A stretch of DNA of 64,000 bases from Chthonomonadales bacterium (GTDB lineage: Bacteria > Armatimonadota > Chthonomonadetes > Chthonomonadales > CAJBBX01). Under the pieces are notes generated by a model that saw only the letters and a list, made by a program, of their open reading frames with translations, was not told the origin of the DNA and made no database searches. The stretch lies in NCBI GenBank assembly GCA_049967475.1, contig JBMFSQ010000003.1:120587-184586 (forward strand), in the 5' to 3' direction. Below are positions 58,096 through 64,000 of the stretch, one piece after another. The translations under genes and the position numbers were made by a program. Position 1 is the first letter of the stretch. Every line of letters begins with the position of its first letter.

Positions 58096-61000
58096 ATGCG
58101 CGCTCCCGATCAAGGACGTCGTGCCGAGGGCTCCTTACTTGCACTCGTATGCGCCATTCTGACAGCCGGAGCCGTCTTGGTCTTTTTGGCCCGGACCAGT
58201 CTCCGTTTGCCGACGGACGCGATCAATCTGAACACCGCCTCTGCCGACGACCTTTCCCTGAACCTCCAGATTGAGCCCGATCTTGCTCAGGACTTCGTGC
58301 GCTTTCGTGTGCGCAACGGGGGCTTTGCTTCTGTGCGGCAGGCTGGAACCGTGCCGGTCCTTATGGATGCGGGTGAGGTACAGCGCGTAAAGCGGGTGCT
58401 CGCCCGCGTGTCGGTTCCCATCAACAAAGCATCGGCTTCGGAGCTTTCGCGCGTCCTCTCCATCCCGATAGCTGCGGCGCGCCGCATCGCAGCGTTTCGA
58501 GAGGAACTGCCCGGCGGATTTCACAAGCCTGAAGACGCTGTTGCCGTTCCGCTTCTGGATGCCCGTGTTCTTGCGGATCTTGGCCCGCGCCTAATCGTTC
58601 GCACACCGGCTCAGGTTCTTTGGGAGTTTCTCCTAACAGGCGTGGTTCTTTCTGTGGTTACTGTGCTGCTTGCAGGCGTCCTCAGGGCAGCGGGCGTGCG
58701 CGGCGACCCATTCCTCATTCCCATCTCCATACTGCTTTCGGGGCTTGGGGTCATCACACTTTTCAGCCTTCGAGATCCTTTGCGGGATGCGCCGGTGTAT
58801 ATTCACCACGCGTACGGCATCTTGATGGGCCTTGGAGTTTTCACCGCTGCTGCTCTTTTGCCTCCGCGCCGCGCCGGGGGCCGATGGCTCCCAGGCAGAA
58901 TGGACCTTCGGCGCTACACGTACCTGTGGGCGGTGTGCGCGATTGTACTGATGGTGGCGCTGTGGCTCTTCGGTAGGGGGCCTCAGGGCGTACGTCTTTC
59001 GCTGGGTCCCGTCCAACCGATGGAGCTCATCAAGGTGCTCCTCGTGTTGTTTCTGGCCGGGTACCTCACGGAGCACGGCGGCGATCTCGCCCATGCACTG
59101 CATCGTTGGCGCAGACCGTCAGGTTCGCGGTTCGGCTGGTTGGATCTTCCACGAACCGAGGACATGGGTCCGATTGCGGTGATGTACGGCGTATGCTTGG
59201 GCCTCTTTGCGGTGATCCGCGATCTTGGTCCGGCCCTTCTTCTTTTCGGGGTCTTTCTCGCCGTTTTCTACATCGCCACGAACCGCATCAGCGTCTTGTG
59301 GATCGGAACGCTCCTGGCAGGTGCCGGCGCCGCAATCGCCTATGTGCTGCATTTTGGAGTGATCCCCGTTCGGGTGGATATGTGGCTCTCACCCTGGAAG
59401 AATGCCCATTCCAACGGATCCCAGTTGGGGCACGCCCTTTGGGCATTGGCTTCGGGCGGGTTCTGGGGAACAGGGCTCGGTCTCGGTGCAGCGAATACCT
59501 TGCCCCGAGGGCGTGACGATTTGGTATTCGCTGCTGCGGGCGAGCAGCTTGGGTTCGCGGGATTATGCATCATTCTCGTTCTGTACCTCGTGCTGTTTGG
59601 GCGGGGATGGCGCATTGCGCTCCATGCGCACTCGGATTTCGAGCGCCTCCTTGCCGGCGGGCTTACGTGTCTGCTGGCTCTGCAGACGCTGCTCATTATG
59701 GGCGGCGTCTGCGGGCTGATACCGCTTTCGGGGATAACACTTCCCTTCATGGCATACGGCAATTCGTCACTCATGGCGGATTTCTTCATCTTGGGCATCT
59801 TGCGAGGCATCTCGTCGCCCACCCCAGACGTCCCCGTGGGTTCTACGAACCCGCTCTTTCGGCGCGGGCTGCGACGTCTTGCGGATGCAACGGCCCTGGG
59901 GATGCTGGGGTTCATTCTGTTGGGCAGGTTATTGCCGATACAGGTAGGGAAGGCCGATGAGATAGCGAGCGCACTCTTGCGAACGCCCGATGCCGACGGC
60001 CAGGTGCGGGCCAAGGTGAACCCGCGCCTCACCGCGGTGGAGCGCGATATCGTCCGCGGGTCCATCTATGATCGGAAGGGCCGTGTATTAGCGACGTCGC
60101 GGTTGAACGAGATATCCAGCGCGATATTCGCCGAGCCCGGGGCATCGGATCACCCCGTGGACACGCTCAAGGAAGTGCGGCGAACCATGCGCAAGCGGCG
60201 TTACTACCCCCATGGCTCTGCTTTGGCGCACCTCGTAGGGTATGTGGATCCGGCCTTTGGCGGGCCCGTAGGAGCTGAGAAAGAATTCAACCTGTATCTA
60301 CGGGGCTTCACAGATTACCGCGAACTTGTAGCCGATTTTCGGGCAAAGGACTTGCCCGGGTATGCGCCTCGCCGGGGGAGTGACGTGTACCTGACCGTTG
60401 ATGCCGCGCTGCAGGAAGACGTGATGCGTATCCTGGCCAAGCGCACAACTGCCGGAGGCGGGAATGGAAGGCCGTCGGCCAGGAGGCACGCCGCTATGGT
60501 CGTGTTGGATCCCGTCACCGGGGAGATCCTGGCTCTTGCCTCGATCCCGTCCTTCGATCCCAATACTCTCACGCCGCGCCGGTGGGCCCGGCTTGCGCAA
60601 GGGGGCAAGGATGCAGGCCAATTCCTGGACCGGGCTCGCTTCGGCGCCTATCCTCCCGGATCTACTTTGAAAATCGCGACGGCGGCCTGCGCCTTGGAAG
60701 AGGGCCTCGATCCTGTATTCGATTGCAACCACACGGCGTACTTCCGCTGGCGGTCAAACGGGACGGCTTACGGGCCGCGGCGTATCAGCGACGACGATGG
60801 CGACCCGCCGCACAACCATATCAGGATGGCGCGGGCTCTGCGCGTGTCCTGCAACCTGTACTTTGCCAACCTGGGTATCCGCCTCGGCGCTTCTCGGTTG
60901 CGCGAGTATTTGGCCGGTCAACTTCGCCTGAAAGGGATCAAGCCGCAAGATGTATTTGCCGCTTCCCTTCCGGAAAACGCATTCGGACAGGGCACGGTCA

Positions 61001-61431
61001 CCGCCTCACCGCTTGAACTTGCGCGGATGGCCGCAGCCGTAGCCAATCGCGGCGTGATGATGCAGCCCAACTACCTGCTCAAGGTCGTGTCCCCTGAGGG
61101 CCGGGTGTTGCGGGCCTTCACGCCCATACAGATGGCTCGTCCTATGGGCGAGCTGAACGCTCGGCGTCTTGCGGGTATGATGCGCTCGGTCGTAACCGAC
61201 GGAACGGCGGCGGGAATTTTCGATCGCTTGCCCGTTGAGGTTGCGGGCAAGACCGGTACAGCACAGACGTCCGCCGGCGACACGATGCCGCACTCCTGGT
61301 TCATAGGATACACGCCCTTCACACGTCCGCGTTATGCCTTTGCCTGCATCATTGAACATGGCGGCTATGGAAGGAGATCTGCCGCTCCGGCGGTGCGGGA
61401 TGTACTGACTTCTATGTTCGGCCGTCGGTGA
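58096..61431 (+). CDS. Fusion: TM + two ComEA-like HhH domains + FtsW/RodA SEDS glycosyltransferase + class B PBP transpeptidase
   Basis: INLNTAS.DDL...LAQ..V.FR..NGGF.S and VPINKAS.SEL...A.RI..FR....GF; SEDS QP.E..K, DLG, GG..G.G.G, D.VF...GE..G, G.TLPF.AYG.SS; PBP RG.IYDR.G, PGSTLK, SCN, KTGT; AGGAGG RBS; uninterrupted ORF. Confidence 0.92.
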   Translation: MRAPDQGRRAEGSLLALVCAILTAGAVLVFLARTSLRLPTDAINLNTASADDLSLNLQIEPDLAQDFVRFRVRNGGFASVRQAGTVPVLMDAGEVQRVKRVLARVSVPINKASASELSRVLSIPIAAARRIAAFREELPGGFHKPEDAVAVPLLDARVLADLGPRLIVRTPAQVLWEFLLTGVVLSVVTVLLAGVLRAAGVRGDPFLIPISILLSGLGVITLFSLRDPLRDAPVYIHHAYGILMGLGVFTAAALLPPRRAGGRWLPGRMDLRRYTYLWAVCAIVLMVALWLFGRGPQGVRLSLGPVQPMELIKVLLVLFLAGYLTEHGGDLAHALHRWRRPSGSRFGWLDLPRTEDMGPIAVMYGVCLGLFAVIRDLGPALLLFGVFLAVFYIATNRISVLWIGTLLAGAGAAIAYVLHFGVIPVRVDMWLSPWKNAHSNGSQLGHALWALASGGFWGTGLGLGAANTLPRGRDDLVFAAAGEQLGFAGLCIILVLYLVLFGRGWRIALHAHSDFERLLAGGLTCLLALQTLLIMGGVCGLIPLSGITLPFMAYGNSSLMADFFILGILRGISSPTPDVPVGSTNPLFRRGLRRLADATALGMLGFILLGRLLPIQVGKADEIASALLRTPDADGQVRAKVNPRLTAVERDIVRGSIYDRKGRVLATSRLNEISSAIFAEPGASDHPVDTLKEVRRTMRKRRYYPHGSALAHLVGYVDPAFGGPVGAEKEFNLYLRGFTDYRELVADFRAKDLPGYAPRRGSDVYLTVDAALQEDVMRILAKRTTAGGGNGRPSARRHAAMVVLDPVTGEILALASIPSFDPNTLTPRRWARLAQGGKDAGQFLDRARFGAYPPGSTLKIATAACALEEGLDPVFDCNHTAYFRWRSNGTAYGPRRISDDDGDPPHNHIRMARALRVSCNLYFANLGIRLGASRLREYLAGQLRLKGIKPQDVFAASLPENAFGQGTVTASPLELARMAAAVANRGVMMQPNYLLKVVSPEGRVLRAFTPIQMARPMGELNARRLAGMMRSVVTDGTAAGIFDRLPVEVAGKTGTAQTSAGDTMPHSWFIGYTPFTRPRYAFACIIEHGGYGRRSAAPAVRDVLTSMFGRR

Positions 61432-61610
61432 CCGATACGCCATTCCATCCGGATGGAGGCCTCCGTCTCGGATGTGCGAACGCTCGGCCCCTTGTATTGG
61501 CCAACACTCCGATGCCGAAATGTACTTTTCGACGCGATGGGTAGAAGGGATGCGGCTTCCCCGCCGCGAACATGGCGCCGACTGATCAGCCTGGAGGGTC
61601 GGGAAACGGA

Positions 61611-63020
61611 ATGGGAGACGAAATCGGTTTGCTTCATGCGTGGATTGATGCACACCAGCAGGATCTCATCACAGATTTGCGCGGGGTCTTGCGCATTCCA
61701 AGTAAGAAAGAGGCTGCTGCCGGACCTGGCGCGCCGTTCGGGTTGCCGATACGGCAGGCTCTGGACTATACGCTGGAACGGTGCCGGGCCCTGGGGTTCC
61801 AAACTGCCGATGTGGACGGATATGCCGGCCACGCTGAGATGGGGTCCGGCAAGGAGATGGTGGCTGCTCTGGGCCATTTGGATGTGGTTCCCGAAGGAGA
61901 AGGCTGGAGGTTTCCGCCGTTCGGGGGCGAATTGGCGAACGGCCGCATTTACGGCCGCGGGGCCCTCGACGACAAGGGCCCTATCTTCGCTGCCCTCTAT
62001 GCTGCCAAGGCGATTATGGAGAGTGGATTGCCGCTGCGACGCCGTATCCGCGTGATTTTCGGCTGTGATGAGGAGAGCGGCTTCGGCTGCGTGCATTACT
62101 ACTGGGGCGAGGGCCGTCAAGAACGTCCGGCCTACGCTTTTACACCTGATGCGTGCTTCCCACTCATCTACGCTGAGAAAGGCATCGCGAATTTTACTCT
62201 GGAACGATCCGTGGATGCTGCCTCCGCATCGGTGCGTGTGGCGCGCGCCTGGGGAGGATACCGCCCGAATATGGTGCCCGATAGCGCTGAAGCGCTGTTG
62301 GAAGGAGATCCGGCGGAACTGTACCGGGCCATGGTGCGCCTCAGCCGGCACTGGGATCGGAATGTAACCGTTGCCGCCGGGGAAGAGGGAGTTAGGGTAT
62401 CGGCTGTGGGCAAGTCGGCTCACGGCAGCACGCCCCAAGCCGGGGACAATGCCATCAGGCGCCTCGCCCGGGCGCTCCTTGAGGTGGATCTGCCTGCAGA
62501 CCGCGCCTGGTTGGAATGGATCGTGGCTTCTGCCGATCCAACTGGGGACGGGCTCGCCATTGCGGGCAGGGACGAAGTGGCAGGCCCTCTTACGTGCAAT
62601 CTCGGTGTGCTGGATGCGGGTGCGGGTCGCGTGCGCGCGGTCTACAACATTCGATATCCGGTGACGTGGAGTGTGGAAGCGCTGCTCGACCGGGCCAAGC
62701 CCGTGGCCGAGGCGTCCGGATGGGTTCTCGCGGCCTATACCGACAGCCCGCCTTTGTACGTGCCCCAAGACGCGGAACCGGTGCAAACCCTGCTGCGCAT
62801 CTACCGCGAAGAAACGGGCGACGTGTCCACGCTTCCACAGACAACCGGAGGCGGCACCTACGCCCGTGCGACCCCACGGGCGGTGGCCTTCGGTCCAGGC
62901 TTTCCCGGGGCACAGGACGGTCCTGTGCACGAGCCGGACGAGTGCATTACGCTGGACACATTGCTGCGCGCAGCGAAGATCTACGCGCACGCCCTCTATG
63001 AACTTGCCAACTTGCCGTAG
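61611..63020 (+). CDS. pepV: M20 family dipeptidase PepV
   Basis: GHLDVVP, GRG.LDDKGP, DEESG, PDA.FP.IYAEKG, G.SAHGS.P, GGGTYAR, H..DE; ORF open to 61572. Confidence 0.9.
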   Translation: MGDEIGLLHAWIDAHQQDLITDLRGVLRIPSKKEAAAGPGAPFGLPIRQALDYTLERCRALGFQTADVDGYAGHAEMGSGKEMVAALGHLDVVPEGEGWRFPPFGGELANGRIYGRGALDDKGPIFAALYAAKAIMESGLPLRRRIRVIFGCDEESGFGCVHYYWGEGRQERPAYAFTPDACFPLIYAEKGIANFTLERSVDAASASVRVARAWGGYRPNMVPDSAEALLEGDPAELYRAMVRLSRHWDRNVTVAAGEEGVRVSAVGKSAHGSTPQAGDNAIRRLARALLEVDLPADRAWLEWIVASADPTGDGLAIAGRDEVAGPLTCNLGVLDAGAGRVRAVYNIRYPVTWSVEALLDRAKPVAEASGWVLAAYTDSPPLYVPQDAEPVQTLLRIYREETGDVSTLPQTTGGGTYARATPRAVAFGPGFPGAQDGPVHEPDECITLDTLLRAAKIYAHALYELANLP

Positions 63021-63022
63021 CC

Positions 63023-63637
63023 ATGTTCGCGATGGGGAATTCCATGGTGCAGTGGATGGATGGGCGTCTCTTTAGCATTTTGAACCGGGGGGCAGCAAAT
63101 CCTTTTCTGGACTGGTTCATGCCCCGCATCACCAACCTGCACCACAACGCCTGGTTCCTCGTTTTGGTGGGAGTGGCACTCGTTTTTGGGCTCATCCGCG
63201 GCAGCCCCAAAGTACGCATCTGCATCCTGTGTGCACTGGTGGCCGTGGGATGCAGCGACGGTTTCGCTTCGCATATGGTCAAGCGGATGATACCACGGGA
63301 TCGCCCCTGCTTTCGTGCGTCTCCATGGGCGCCGATGCACGTGCCTGCCGATCGCTTGGTCCCCGGGACGCACTGCCCGGGATCTCATTCATTTCCATCC
63401 AATCACGCATCCAACACGATGGCTCTGGCTGCGGTATTCATGCGGTTTGTTGGGAGCCGCAAGCGCTGGTTGTGGCTGTTGCTGCCGCTTCTGATCGGCT
63501 ACAGCCGGATCTACCTGGGTTTCCACTATCCTACGGATGTCTTTGGCGGATGGCTGATAGGCGGGTGTATCGGCTGGCTTGCAGCAGAGGTTGGATTGCG
63601 TTGGCATGCCAGGCTGGCGGCGCGGCCCCAATCTTAG
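63023..63637 (+). CDS. PAP2 family membrane phosphatase (possible undecaprenyl-PP phosphatase)
   Basis: K....R.RP, SFPSNH, SRIYLG.HYP.D motifs; several TM helices. Confidence 0.9.
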   Translation: MFAMGNSMVQWMDGRLFSILNRGAANPFLDWFMPRITNLHHNAWFLVLVGVALVFGLIRGSPKVRICILCALVAVGCSDGFASHMVKRMIPRDRPCFRASPWAPMHVPADRLVPGTHCPGSHSFPSNHASNTMALAAVFMRFVGSRKRWLWLLLPLLIGYSRIYLGFHYPTDVFGGWLIGGCIGWLAAEVGLRWHARLAARPQS

Positions 63638-64000
63638 GGCGCTGGCGAGTGAAGAGCTCCGCGGCGGCGAGCTTCCGGGCAGCGACACCTCACGAGCCCG
63701 CGCCGGATTACCCGCTCGGTGCAGGAGAGGCTATACTGGGGAGTCTTCTTGGTCCGGACCACACCCAACCTCCTCGGCGCGTGTGGACGGATGCGTTGAC
63801 ACCGCCGGCCACCCATTGCCGCCCATGAATGCGGATTAGGCCCCCCTCGTTGGACGACGACTATGGCGGGCGTTCGCGGGGACACCGTGCCTGCGCCGGT
63901 GGAAACCCCTGTAACCCCTTACTCCACGAGTGCGCCCGATTGGATGGGCGGCTGTGAAAATAGTGGAGATCAATTGGGCAAAAACCCTTGACAACCGTTG

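Noticed and set aside
61365..62990. 541-aa minus-strand ORF
   Set aside because: Antisense shadow of pepV
1..64000. CRISPR arrays, IS elements, prophage or defence islands
   Set aside because: No regularly spaced repeats, transposase, integrase or phage genes recognised by eye; short or degenerate repeats could have been missed

Overview
64 kb of GC-rich bacterial chromosome, mostly housekeeping plus carbohydrate-active and envelope genes. I found no prophage, integrase, IS element or CRISPR array. Terrabacterial markers (sepF, mcsA-mcsB-clpC, stand-alone nurA) occur together with TolC outer-membrane channels, which points to a diderm Terrabacterium, probably Armatimonadota (inference). Gene order: Tat-exported GH116 glycosidase (runs off the left edge and is missing from the ORF track), moaC, mobA, trxB, holB, nurA, PilZ protein, four-GAF protein, TolC/MFP/RND operon 1, Ntn acylase, clpC-mcsB-mcsA-ilvE, proC-sepF-yggS, a secreted beta-propeller cluster, TetR-TolC/MFP/RND operon 2, a degenerate PTS enzyme I, GH2 and GH29 glycosidases, tRNA-Leu(CAG), a PfkB kinase, two tatA/B genes, secG, an HhH-SEDS-transpeptidase fusion, pepV and a PAP2 phosphatase. 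Best candidates for new biology: (1) one 1111-aa protein joining tandem ComEA-like helix-hairpin-helix domains to a RodA/FtsW glycosyltransferase and a class B PBP; (2) an atypical Mcs/ClpC operon whose McsB has Ser in place of the active-site Cys, whose McsA lacks the UVR domain, and which has ilvE where ctsR usually sits; (3) an enzyme-I-like protein lacking its phospho-His. All family calls come from motif recognition by eye; no searches were run.
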